Made by a program: the position numbers and the translations under genes | The notes under the pieces: generated by a model | What the model saw: only the letters and a program-made list of their open reading frames with translations | Database searches by the model: none | Told to the model about the DNA's origin: nothing | NCBI GenBank assembly: GCA_964357605.1 | Contig: CAYHLX010000004.1 | Coordinates: forward strand, 1,081-65,080 | DNA length: 64,000 bases | Direction of reading: 5' to 3' | Source of the DNA: an uncultured Candidatus Saccharibacteria bacterium | Lineage (GTDB): Bacteria; Patescibacteriota; Minisyncoccia; Phycocordibacterales; PALSA-1337 | Part shown: positions 46,901 through 56,092 of the stretch, piece after piece | Layout of the letters: the number at the start of each line of letters is the position of its first letter | How positions within the stretch are numbered: position 1 is the stretch's first letter

Positions 46901-47473
46901 TTAAATAGTTTGCTTAGCCAACACTCTAATTGTCATGGACATACCCCACGATTTCACTGATGCACCTTTTTTTGAGGGAGCAATCAGATCGTCTCCCAGT
47001 GTAGATAATTTTAAGTTATTAATCTCCAAACTGTATGGTAGGTTTTCAATTAAAATCAAAGCTCTCATAATGTTGATCCAAGAACCCTTAACTGCCAGAG
47101 TGGCGTTTATATGAGTCAGTCCATTGGTTTCATCTTCTTTTGGTTTTTCTGTATTTATAGCAGATATTTCAAGATCTGTGGCTGAATTCTCACCAGCTTT
47201 TTCTATAGCCTCAATAAGACCTACAATCTTCTCTTCCGGTACAATAAAAGAATTAATCCTTGCACGGGCATTCAATGAATCAGCATACAGGGCAGTCAGT
47301 TCTCTTTCTACTAACTTTTTATTATTCTCAAGTGTAAATTCAGCTAAAGCTTGAGAGGATTCTCTAGCTTGAGACACTACCTGTCTATAGAGTAATAAAT
47401 AACTAGCCGCCGAAACAACTAAGGCAACAAGGGCAATGGTAATGAGAATGTAATGTTTATAATTTACTTTCAT
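46901..47473 (-). CDS. pilO: PilO-like type IV pilus assembly protein
   Basis: N-terminal TM, coiled coil, and order after pilM-pilN. Confidence 0.5.
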   Translation of the reverse strand: MKVNYKHYILITIALVALVVSAASYLLLYRQVVSQARESSQALAEFTLENNKKLVERELTALYADSLNARARINSFIVPEEKIVGLIEAIEKAGENSATDLEISAINTEKPKEDETNGLTHINATLAVKGSWINIMRALILIENLPYSLEINNLKLSTLGDDLIAPSKKGASVKSWGMSMTIRVLAKQTI

Positions 47474-47474
47474 A

Positions 47475-48029
47475 TTATTTGAGTACTATGAGGCGCATGG
47501 CAAAATTTATGTTCTTACTTTTGGCCAGATCAGATATCGGTAGCTCAATCCCAGCAAATTTACTATCATTTTCCAAACTATCCTTAAAAGCAATCAGGGC
47601 TTCCCTGGTAAGAGCCTTTCCTTGAATCACTGCGCTAATAGTGGTAGTACTTTTTGTCTGAAAACCAGAAAGTTCGAATGCCGACAAAGTGACCTGACCA
47701 GAGCGATGCTTAGAAATACTTTGGATAATATCAGAAAACATAATTTCTTTATTCTCCAAATTTAATTCCCTGGTAAGCATTTGGTTTTGCGCTAATTCTT
47801 TCTCTACCTGATCAATACCTCTCGCCTGTCTACTTTTTTGTAACTCTTCAGCATTTTTTACAGCCTGGATGCCTTGGGTATCAGAAAGTATATATGAAGG
47901 AATAAGAGAAAACGTGCCGATCACCATTGCACAAGAAACAAAAAACAAAAGAATGATGGAGAGACGTATCCGATATTCCCATCGTAATTTTTTTATTTCG
48001 TCATCTGGTAAAAGAGTGTAGTGAATCAT
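47475..48029 (-). CDS. pilN: PilN-like type IV pilus assembly protein
   Basis: TM anchor plus periplasmic domain. Overlaps pilM by 4 nt. Confidence 0.5.
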   Translation of the reverse strand: MIHYTLLPDDEIKKLRWEYRIRLSIILLFFVSCAMVIGTFSLIPSYILSDTQGIQAVKNAEELQKSRQARGIDQVEKELAQNQMLTRELNLENKEIMFSDIIQSISKHRSGQVTLSAFELSGFQTKSTTTISAVIQGKALTREALIAFKDSLENDSKFAGIELPISDLAKSKNINFAMRLIVLK

Positions 48030-49006
48030 GATGGTAAAGCTAAACCAGCTGCCACAGCATAATCTAGGGAATCTTCATAAGAAATGGGTGGTATATAATT
48101 TTCTCCAGAAAAAGCATTCTGCCAGATTTGTCCAATCTCTACTGGAATTCTAGGGTCGGGAGAACAATGAGAAGCCAGTCCGGCTGATAAAGATCCTTTA
48201 CCAACAAGAATAATGCGGGAAATGTTTGTACCGCCACCGTGCTCAACCCAATATCCATAAACTTTACTAATCTCTTTTTTTAAGTCTGATGCCGTATTTA
48301 CCATGTCTTTGGATTCTAAAATCGTAGAATGACCCCACGCCACAGTAGAGGTAAAACAGACCACTCCCCCACAAACTATATATATTCCCGTCTTTTTCTT
48401 CATGATATAAGTAATAATCTGTGTTTCAGTAGAATTTGGAGAAACCAATGCTCTAGCAATAGCTTTGGCCTGAATCTCAAAAGATAAGACAGTAATTCCA
48501 GCTTTCTGGATCACAGATAGATAAGTAGAAATTAAGTCATGTGGAGCTACAGAGACACTGGCAAACTTGGTATTCTTAGTTTCTATAGATAAAGCATTGT
48601 GAGGAATCAGATCAAAAAAGAAAACTGATTCTGATGCTGGCAGAGGGACATTTTCTTCTAATTTAAATTCAATATTTTGTCTAATATCCTCTTCATAAGC
48701 ATCCGGTACCTCTGTTTTAAAAAGATACATTCTTTCTTCTGGTAAAGAAGCTTTAGCTACTGAAATTTTTAATTCACCGGCAACTTTTTTAATCGTTTCA
48801 ACTAACACTTTTTCATCTTTGATATGTCCAGATTCTATAATTCCTGGTGGTAAAACTTTTGTAATGTACCGATTAATAGTGAGTCCTTTACGACCATGTG
48901 AATATTCTATACAGCGAACTGCGTCTTCACAAATATCCAAACCAGCATAAGGAATATTTAAAAATTTAGGCGGAGGAAATAATTTGAAAAATGATTGGGT
49001 AAGCAT
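48026..49006 (-). CDS. pilM: PilM, actin-like type IV pilus assembly ATPase
   Basis: AGLDICEDAVRCIE (phosphate-1-like) and VGKGSLSAGLA. Confidence 0.7.
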   Translation of the reverse strand: MLTQSFFKLFPPPKFLNIPYAGLDICEDAVRCIEYSHGRKGLTINRYITKVLPPGIIESGHIKDEKVLVETIKKVAGELKISVAKASLPEERMYLFKTEVPDAYEEDIRQNIEFKLEENVPLPASESVFFFDLIPHNALSIETKNTKFASVSVAPHDLISTYLSVIQKAGITVLSFEIQAKAIARALVSPNSTETQIITYIMKKKTGIYIVCGGVVCFTSTVAWGHSTILESKDMVNTASDLKKEISKVYGYWVEHGGGTNISRIILVGKGSLSAGLASHCSPDPRIPVEIGQIWQNAFSGENYIPPISYEDSLDYAVAAGLALPS

Positions 49007-49028
49007 AATGTACTTCCCCTTTATTGTA

Positions 49029-49658
49029 CTACACTATCTCTTTTCTTTCCTGTTTTTGAACTTTCTTGCTCTTAAAATAGTGGAAAATGGGGGGTATAAA
49101 TGAAGTAAGAATTATAAGAATAACAATAGGAAGCATATAGCGGTCCGCGTTTGGCACAACTTTTCCTAGGAAATATCCGGCCAAAGTCAGGCCGACAGAC
49201 CAGATGAAAGCCCCTATAACGTTGTAACTTAAAAATGTCCGGTAGTGCATGTTACCAACTCCAGCCACAATTGGTGCAAAAGTACGAACAATTGGCATAA
49301 ATCTAGCTAAGATTAGGGTTTTCTTTCCATGTTTCTCATAAAAGAGGGCGGCTTGGAGAGCATACTTCTTTTTAAAAAAGAATGAATTGTCTTTGGTAAA
49401 TAGTCTTGGCCCGGTTTTTTTACCAAACCAATAACCCACACTATCCCCCGCCACCGCCGCCACAAAAACACCGATGAGTAGTGCTTCTATTGGCAATAAA
49501 CCTTGTGAAGCTAGAAAGCCTGCTGTAAATAGTAGTGAGTCACCAGGAAAAAAGAAACCAAAGAAAACTCCTGATTCCAGAAAAATTATCACAATGACAC
49601 CTACCAAACCAAACATGGCTATAAGTTGTTGTGGATCTAGTACAGCGGAGATGGACAT
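49029..49658 (-). CDS. DedA-family membrane protein
   Basis: FFPGDSLLFTAG and ARFMPIVRTFAPIVAG motifs. Confidence 0.75.
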   Translation of the reverse strand: MSISAVLDPQQLIAMFGLVGVIVIIFLESGVFFGFFFPGDSLLFTAGFLASQGLLPIEALLIGVFVAAVAGDSVGYWFGKKTGPRLFTKDNSFFFKKKYALQAALFYEKHGKKTLILARFMPIVRTFAPIVAGVGNMHYRTFLSYNVIGAFIWSVGLTLAGYFLGKVVPNADRYMLPIVILIILTSFIPPIFHYFKSKKVQKQERKEIV

Positions 49659-49667
49659 TTTATTTTA

Positions 49668-50012
49668 TTATTTAGCTTTAGTCCCTGGAGGGATGGATGA
49701 ATTTGGCTCAAGTAAAGAAAAAGCCCCTTCGGCCGTAGAAACAGCAAAAAGCATGCCGTTACTTTCATGATCCTTGATGATTCTAGGTTCAAGATTTGTG
49801 ACAAACATGGCGGTTCGTCCTACCAGCACAGTAGGGTCTGGAAAATAAAAAGAAATCCCAGAAACAATTTGACGAGGTTTTTCCTCGGCAAAATCAACCA
49901 TAAGCTTCAGGAGCTTATCGGTATCAGGAATTTTCTCTGCAGACAGGATCTTCCCTGCTCTTATTTCTACCTTGGCAAAATCTTCGTACGAGATCATGAC
50001 TTTATTATGCAC
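49668..50012 (-). CDS. Standalone tRNA-binding protein (CsaA/Trbp111-like EMAP fold)
   Basis: VGKIL...PDTDKLLKLMVDFAEE...QIVSG. Confidence 0.7.
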   Translation of the reverse strand: MHNKVMISYEDFAKVEIRAGKILSAEKIPDTDKLLKLMVDFAEEKPRQIVSGISFYFPDPTVLVGRTAMFVTNLEPRIIKDHESNGMLFAVSTAEGAFSLLEPNSSIPPGTKAK

Positions 50013-50391
50013 TATTTTTCCTTTTATCCAAGAAGCTTTGGAGAATGAGGGCGGCAGCCGATTCGTCTGTGGTTTTTGTCTTACCTTGTAGTTTTTCTAC
50101 ATGAGCACTAGTCATGAATTCCGGCTCAAGGTGTACGGTAAATCCAGATGATTCAAGATTTTTTTTGAATTCTAAACTCTTTTCCAAGATAGCATTGGCC
50201 TCACCTTTATAATTCCTTGATTCTCCAAGAATGATCTCTTTTATTTCATTCTTTTTGGCTAGATCAATGACTTCTTGGAGAAGTGTTTTGGAGTTTGAGA
50301 AAGTCATAAAAGGCATGGCAAACTGACACTCTGGGTCAGATAGAGCAATCCCCACCCTCTTTGTGCCATAGTCTATACCGAGAAGTCGCAT
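50005..50391 (-). CDS. ruvX: Holliday junction resolvase-like YqgF/RuvX
   Basis: MRLLGIDYGTKRVGIALSD. Confidence 0.85.
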   Translation of the reverse strand: MRLLGIDYGTKRVGIALSDPECQFAMPFMTFSNSKTLLQEVIDLAKKNEIKEIILGESRNYKGEANAILEKSLEFKKNLESSGFTVHLEPEFMTSAHVEKLQGKTKTTDESAAALILQSFLDKRKNSA

Positions 50392-50449
50392 GTGGTCAGT
50401 CTACTCTAAGTTGAAAGTTAGAGCAAAATATGAGAGGATCTTCTTACAG

Positions 50450-50536
50450 GGATGGGTGGCTGAGTGGTTTAAGGCAACAGTCTTGAAAACTGTCGTCCTC
50501 GCAAGGGGACCGTGAGTTCAAATCTCACCCCATCCG
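50450..50536 (+). tRNA. tRNA-Ser (anticodon TGA), type II
   Basis: Anticodon stem ACAGT/ACTGT with loop CTTGAAA, long variable arm, discriminator G. Confidence 0.8.
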
Positions 50537-50570
50537 CAATATTCGCAAAAGCCATGTTATAATATTCTCC

Positions 50571-51029
50571 ATGAAACCCCTCATGGAATGGGATGCTCCC
50601 GATCATCTTCATATAGAAAAAAATAGTGATTGGTACTGGGCAGTCGGTATTGTCACTATTACTGCCGTAACCCTAACTTTTATGTTTGGTAATGTCATCT
50701 TTGGCATCCTTATCTTAATTGGGGTCTTTTCTCTACTTGTTCATGCAGGCAAAAAACCAAAAATCATTCATGTAGAAATAAACGACAGAGGACTGGTGGT
50801 AGATGATATCCTTTATCCTTTTATTACCTTGGAATCATTTTGGATTGACGCTCATGAACGTCCTGGCAAAATACTTTTGAAATCTCTCAAAACTTTCATG
50901 CCCTATATAATTGTCTATATTGATGAAGTAGATTCAGAAGAGGTGAGAGATGTATTGCTAAACTACATTGCCGAAACAGAGCATCACGAACCATTATCTC
51001 AAAAGATCATGGAGAGGTTTGGATTTTAG
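50571..51029 (+). CDS. Hypothetical membrane protein
   Basis: Two TM helices. Confidence 0.4.
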   Translation: MKPLMEWDAPDHLHIEKNSDWYWAVGIVTITAVTLTFMFGNVIFGILILIGVFSLLVHAGKKPKIIHVEINDRGLVVDDILYPFITLESFWIDAHERPGKILLKSLKTFMPYIIVYIDEVDSEEVRDVLLNYIAETEHHEPLSQKIMERFGF

Positions 51030-51054
51030 GTCAAATATGCTACCCTACTTTTAC

Positions 51055-51126
51055 GCCCTCATCGTTCAATGGATAGGACGCAACTTTGCGGAAGTTGCGA
51101 TGTAGGTTCGATTCCTACTGAGGGCA
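51055..51126 (+). tRNA. tRNA-Arg (anticodon GCG)
   Basis: Acceptor GCCCTCA/TGAGGGC and anticodon stem CAACT/AGTTG with loop TTGCGGA. Confidence 0.75.
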
Positions 51127-51132
51127 CCCCCA

Positions 51133-51447
51133 TTAGAGCAATGTAACCTTAAGTTTAGCATCCAGTGCTTTTGCTACGCGCTTCAAAAACTTAATGGAGG
51201 GATTGTAATTCCCTGCCTCTAGGCGAGAGATGACGGATTGGTCACTACCAATCTTTTTGGCGAGCTGTTTTTGGCTCATGTCTTTTTCGATACGTCTGCG
51301 AATGATCGAGAATTCTAATTCGAGAGCATCATAAGCCGCTTTGACTCCAGGTCTTTTCATAACCTCACGAGACCAGTCTTCATAACGAATAAATTTTAAC
51401 TTTGGATTTAATTTTATCATAGGATGATTATATGCTATATAAGTCAT
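51133..51447 (-). CDS. XRE-family HTH antitoxin (HigA-like)
   Basis: C-terminal MSQKQLAKKIGSDQSVISRLEAG HTH. ATGA overlap with the upstream toxin. Confidence 0.65.
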   Translation of the reverse strand: MTYIAYNHPMIKLNPKLKFIRYEDWSREVMKRPGVKAAYDALELEFSIIRRRIEKDMSQKQLAKKIGSDQSVISRLEAGNYNPSIKFLKRVAKALDAKLKVTLL

Positions 51448-51752
51448 ATTTGCAACCACTTATATTTTATTTTTATAAGATCTAATTCCCTTCTTGTTAT
51501 CTTTTCAGTCTTTTTTTCGAATCCGTGAAAAATAATAGCAGCTTCATGCGAGAATATATAGATAAGACGAATATTATGTACTCCGCCAACCCGCAACTCA
51601 AAAATACCCGGCAATATGTTTTTGCTATACGGCATTCTAATATTGTAGCCATATTTTTTTAAGAGATCAAAATATCCTCGACAGCGTCCAACTGCTCCAT
51701 CTCCAAGATTATCCATAAAATTTTGCACTTCCTCCATTACTATTATTTCCAT
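51444..51752 (-). CDS. RelE/ParE-superfamily toxin (HigB / Gp49-like)
   Basis: IRLIYIFSHEAAIIFHGFEKKTEKI. Toxin-first gene order. Confidence 0.6.
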   Translation of the reverse strand: MEIIVMEEVQNFMDNLGDGAVGRCRGYFDLLKKYGYNIRMPYSKNILPGIFELRVGGVHNIRLIYIFSHEAAIIFHGFEKKTEKITRRELDLIKIKYKWLQI

Positions 51753-51896
51753 CCCACCACCCTAGCACAATGAAATGAAGCCAAAATAAAAAAGTTCTAA
51801 AGAAACGATAAAGTTCGTAGTTGCTCAACAAAAAGTCCCATTGTGTGAATGGGTCATTTTGTGTCGTGGTAACTAAAATTATGATAGAATATAGGT

Positions 51897-52436
51897 ATGA
51901 AAAAAAATTTACCTTTAGTCATTGGGATAGTTTTGCCTATCATTTTTATCATTATAATCTCATTGGTCATTTTCCTACCAAAAGCTTCTTTGAAACCTCT
52001 GCATAACTTTATTTACTCAGCAGAAACCCCCTATTATTCATACAACAATGGACCGTACAAAAACACCTACAAAATAGAGAGCGGACGTCTCATAACCCAA
52101 GCCCTACCAATAAATCCAGAATATAATAAAAATATTGTCTTTAAAGCAGACAATCCCCCTCTTTACCTATACGATGTAAAAAACGAATCCGCCCATGAAA
52201 TTACTTTGGAAGAAGCTCAGAGATATATCCTAGATCCCGGACCATCTTCCCCAGATGGATATAGTGTCGGTTATAGTTATGGTCATGATGGGATTTTTGA
52301 GATATTTGGTTCTGATGGGAATGATAATGGTTACTATGTTTCAAAAGGAAATGCCAAGAGAAAACTACCTGGATTGACCAATGGCACTCGATATTCGTAT
52401 GATGGAAATTTCAAACTTATTGGTTGGGTAAAATAA
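51897..52436 (+). CDS. Hypothetical membrane-anchored secreted protein
   Basis: N-terminal TM helix. Confidence 0.4.
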   Translation: MKKNLPLVIGIVLPIIFIIIISLVIFLPKASLKPLHNFIYSAETPYYSYNNGPYKNTYKIESGRLITQALPINPEYNKNIVFKADNPPLYLYDVKNESAHEITLEEAQRYILDPGPSSPDGYSVGYSYGHDGIFEIFGSDGNDNGYYVSKGNAKRKLPGLTNGTRYSYDGNFKLIGWVK

Positions 52437-52443
52437 TAAATAT

Positions 52444-53433
52444 ATGAACAAAGAACAAATAATCTCTTTTATAAAGGAACAAGTGGCAGCGGGCAAAATC
52501 TCAAACGGTGATTTGTTAAACATGACTCAAAACACAGTTACAGAACACAAAGAAGAAGCTCCCACCAGAAACCTCACTAGTGTTTTCTATGCCATAGGAG
52601 GAGTCATCGCCGTTATCGGAGTAGCCATACTAGTGGCCCAGAACTGGGAAGAAATCGGTTTTGCTGGAAGAATCTTGGTGACCTTAGGCATTTCCCTGGT
52701 AGCCTACGTAGTTGGCCTCGTCATGAGAAGCCCTGAATCCCGAGTCCTTTCTCAGGTCATGTTTACAATCTCTGTAGCTCTAGCCCCAATGGGAACATTT
52801 ATCCTCCTACAAGAAGCTGATGTCAATTTTACCTTGAATGTGCAAATCTTGATTTCCCTGGTGTTAGCAGTCATCTACGGAGTAGCCCTGCTCATCAGCA
52901 AAAGAAATATTCTCTCCATCTTTACTCTCGCCTTCCTAACTTGGACATACTTCGCGGTCGTCTTAAAAATATTTGATATTGAAAATCTAAGGGACATGGA
53001 TATTCTAAAGTGGACAGTGATGATTCTCGGTTTTTCTTACCTACTCATCGCTTATGGATATGGAGTGCTAAGCAAGAGAGCAACCGACATGATAGACCGA
53101 AGAGAAAAATCCGGTATCAAAAGTATTTTATACGGCCTAGGCACCATCGGGGTTTTAGGAGCGGGAATATCTATCGGCGGTGCTTTTGACCTCATCTTTA
53201 TTGCCTTCATCTTTGCTTTCTTTTACGGAAGCGTCTACCTCAAGAGTACGGGTATACTCATTCTCGCCAGCTTATTCCTCATTGGACACATCATCAAACT
53301 AACAGCGAGATACTTCATTGACTCCATCAACTGGCCAGTCGCACTCATCATTACCGGTTTTGTAGTCATCGGTATAGGATATCTAACTTATTATTTAAAC
53401 AAGAAATTTATTTCTTCTCCTCGAGTCTCTTAA
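52444..53433 (+). CDS. Hypothetical polytopic membrane protein
   Basis: About 8 TM helices. Confidence 0.4.
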   Translation: MNKEQIISFIKEQVAAGKISNGDLLNMTQNTVTEHKEEAPTRNLTSVFYAIGGVIAVIGVAILVAQNWEEIGFAGRILVTLGISLVAYVVGLVMRSPESRVLSQVMFTISVALAPMGTFILLQEADVNFTLNVQILISLVLAVIYGVALLISKRNILSIFTLAFLTWTYFAVVLKIFDIENLRDMDILKWTVMILGFSYLLIAYGYGVLSKRATDMIDRREKSGIKSILYGLGTIGVLGAGISIGGAFDLIFIAFIFAFFYGSVYLKSTGILILASLFLIGHIIKLTARYFIDSINWPVALIITGFVVIGIGYLTYYLNKKFISSPRVS

Positions 53434-53680
53434 GAGCGGACATGATTCTAGATTTGTAACGTCCAGCGGAGTTGGCTTTGATGTATTTTCTTTTTGCACC
53501 TTTGTCTAAAGCTTTATAAAGAGACGGGACGAGAGCTTTGGCTTCAGCAATCTTATTTTCTGACACGAGTTTCCTAAATTTCTTCATAGGAACGTCAATA
53601 GCGGCCTTGGTTCTAAGGTTATAAACTCTTTTTCTGGATGAGGCACGTAAAGCTTTGTGAGCTGATGATGTGATCGGCAT
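53408..53680 (-). CDS. rpsT: 30S ribosomal protein S20
   Basis: Basic helical protein ...SAHKALRASSRKRVYNLR... Start taken at the internal Met. Confidence 0.75.
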   Translation of the reverse strand: MPITSSAHKALRASSRKRVYNLRTKAAIDVPMKKFRKLVSENKIAEAKALVPSLYKALDKGAKRKYIKANSAGRYKSRIMSALKRLEEKK

Positions 53681-53749
53681 ATATTGTTTTTGTATCTCAA
53701 AACTATCATATACCTTTAAAAAAGACAAGGTTCAGGCTATGATAGAGTC

Positions 53750-54319
53750 ATGATCGCCAAACTAATAGGAAAAATTGCCCATATAGACCCCAAATACCTG
53801 GTTCTAGATGTTGGCGGGGTTGGATACAAAGTTTCAACCACCTCCGATATTATGACCAAGATAGGCCGTGAGGAGGAGCTGGTAACTCTCTGGACATATC
53901 TCGCTGTCCGTGAAAACGCTTTGGATTTATACGGATTTCTAACCCTCGCCGAGCTCGGTTTCTTTGAGTTACTTATCACCATCTCAGGTATCGGTCCAAA
54001 AACAGCCCTTGGAATACTCAACTCTGCTTCTGTGCATGCCTTAGAAACAGCCGTTCAGACTGGGGACACTTCCCATCTGACCAAGGTTTCGGGTATTGGT
54101 AAAAAGATTGCAGAGAAAATTGTGATGGAATTAAAAGATAAGGTGGAAAAGATGACAGGAACCATAAAAATGAATAATGACGATGGAGATGTTGTAGAGG
54201 CCCTAAAAACCCTGGGTTACAGCCCACAGGAAGATAGGGATGTGATGAAAAAATTACCTAAAGATTTAACCAAAACAGGCGATCGGGTAAAAGCAGCTTT
54301 AAAAATACTTGGAAAATAA
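53750..54319 (+). CDS. ruvA: Holliday junction helicase subunit RuvA
   Basis: MIAKLIGKI...LDVGGVGYKV and the HhH motifs GIGPKTA / SGIGKKIAEKI. Confidence 0.9.
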   Translation: MIAKLIGKIAHIDPKYLVLDVGGVGYKVSTTSDIMTKIGREEELVTLWTYLAVRENALDLYGFLTLAELGFFELLITISGIGPKTALGILNSASVHALETAVQTGDTSHLTKVSGIGKKIAEKIVMELKDKVEKMTGTIKMNNDDGDVVEALKTLGYSPQEDRDVMKKLPKDLTKTGDRVKAALKILGK

Positions 54320-55354
54320 TTAGTCATAAAAAAGCCTTGCTATAGAATCTTTAATTTTCTCACTTTTACAATGAGAGAGCATACCGAGATAAGATTGCAT
54401 TGATTGTTCAAGAAATTCTTTGGTGATTTTTCCTTCTTCGTATGAACATTTTAGTTTTCGTATTTTATTGAGCATCCTTCTCTTGGTTCTCGTCCTCAAA
54501 ACTTTGTGGTGTGGTAAGGATACATAGCCAAGAAAATCCGTCCCTGTGTTCAATTTTCTTATAGTTACCTTATTTGGATGAAGTTCCATCCGAAGATTAT
54601 CTGTTAAAAATGATTGGATTTTTAAAATACACTCTTGTAAAAAGTCTCTGGAGTTATGAACGATAACAAAATCATCACAGTAACGAATATAATATTTCGT
54701 TTTGAGTGTATGTTTGCAAAATTGATCTAGCTCATTGAGATAGATATTTGCGAATACCTGGCTAGTTACATTGCCCAAAGGCAAACCTTTTCCCTGCGTC
54801 ACCTTAAATGAATCTATGATTTTATTAAGAAGATCTAAAAGCTCCTCGTCATGTACCCTCTTTCCCACCAGAGATTTGAGAACTTGGTGATCAATTGAAT
54901 CAAAGAATTTTCTGATATCGCATTTAAGAACAAAAGCTTGCTGTGTATAATTTCTAGAAACCTTTCTTGAAAATTGTTCCAATCTCTCTACTCCCTTGTG
55001 AGTACCTTTGTCATCTCTTGACGCAAAAGAATCATGAATAAAAGTCTTATCAAAAACCTGATATAATGCCTGATACAGAGCTTGGTAAAGGACCCTATCA
55101 CGGACACTCGCTTTGTGAATTTTCCTCAATTTCGGATCTTGGACATAGAATGCCTTGTATGGATCAGGCTTCCACTTACCAATAATTAGTTCGTTGCAAA
55201 GACTAAAAAGATTTTCCTCCAAATTAAACTCAAATTCTGCAACTTCTTTTTTTGATCTTTTTCCTTTTCTAAATCTTTTCCACGCCCGAAACAGATTTTC
55301 AAGACTTATTACATCACAAAAATTCAAACTATGACGCCCCCCCCCCGAACACAC
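54320..55354 (-). CDS. Diversity-generating retroelement reverse transcriptase
   Basis: 344 aa with RT motifs, YCDD box, and the DGR-specific motif-4 signature LGNVTSQVFANIYLNELD. GTG start directly followed by a G10 tract. Confidence 0.85.
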   Translation of the reverse strand: MCSGGGRHSLNFCDVISLENLFRAWKRFRKGKRSKKEVAEFEFNLEENLFSLCNELIIGKWKPDPYKAFYVQDPKLRKIHKASVRDRVLYQALYQALYQVFDKTFIHDSFASRDDKGTHKGVERLEQFSRKVSRNYTQQAFVLKCDIRKFFDSIDHQVLKSLVGKRVHDEELLDLLNKIIDSFKVTQGKGLPLGNVTSQVFANIYLNELDQFCKHTLKTKYYIRYCDDFVIVHNSRDFLQECILKIQSFLTDNLRMELHPNKVTIRKLNTGTDFLGYVSLPHHKVLRTRTKRRMLNKIRKLKCSYEEGKITKEFLEQSMQSYLGMLSHCKSEKIKDSIARLFYD

Positions 55355-55475
55355 CCTCTCTATTATTGAAAAGATTCGCCTGCTTCATGCGGATATTTAT
55401 ATCATAGGACAGAGACTTCCTAAACAGCACAAACTTGGTATTCATCATGATTTAGAGAGAGCAATTGGAAAGATT

Positions 55476-55703
55476 ATGGAATTGACCATAGAAGCTAGAT
55501 TTCTAGTGGCCAAAAATAAGATTAGGGTATTAGAAATTACTCGAATCAAGAATGAAGTATTGAAACACACCATTCGTACAGAATACGAGTTTAAAATTAT
55601 AAATGAAAAGGAATACTTGAGGCTTGCTGGTCAAATTGTAGAAATCTCAAGAATGATTAACGGCTGGATAAGGTACCTAACAGAAAAAAGTCATGTTAGT
55701 TAG
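55476..55703 (+). CDS. Truncated Avd-like four-helix-bundle protein (75 aa), antisense to the RT/TR transcript
   Basis: C-terminus LAGQIVEISRMINGWIRYL resembles the Avd / S23-IVS family C-terminal helix (bAvd ...EVGRILGSWIARV). Confidence 0.4.
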   Translation: MELTIEARFLVAKNKIRVLEITRIKNEVLKHTIRTEYEFKIINEKEYLRLAGQIVEISRMINGWIRYLTEKSHVS

Positions 55704-55728
55704 ACAATGACTTTTTCTGCAAAAACTT

Positions 55729-55841
55729 CCAAGCGAGCCCCGATGTTCGGATTGCAATTGTCACGATAGTTCCAGTTGAAGTTGGCCTGGGCGTTGTTGA
55801 CGTTCCAGTTGCCGTTAGCCACCTTCTTGTCACCAGGCAAC
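55729..55841 (-). repeat. DGR template repeat (TR)
   Basis: 113 bp homologous to 56122..56234. 22 of its 31 minus-strand adenines are substituted in the other copy. Confidence 0.8.
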
Positions 55842-56092
55842 GCACTAGTATCACCTCTTTTCCCTATCACCAAAAATCATTTTCATAATTTTTTGTGTTT
55901 TGTGTATCCATTTGTATTCAATGGCATTGTATAAAAGATGACACGCAGTTTTTATATTATGGCAAATTGCTATTCTCTGTATATAGGGAACCAATTTTAC
56001 AACCACCATCATCAGTATAAATAAAAGAAAAGTGGCGTGCAATATTTCAGCACACCACTTTATTGAATTCCCCAAGCCCAAGGGAAAAAGAG

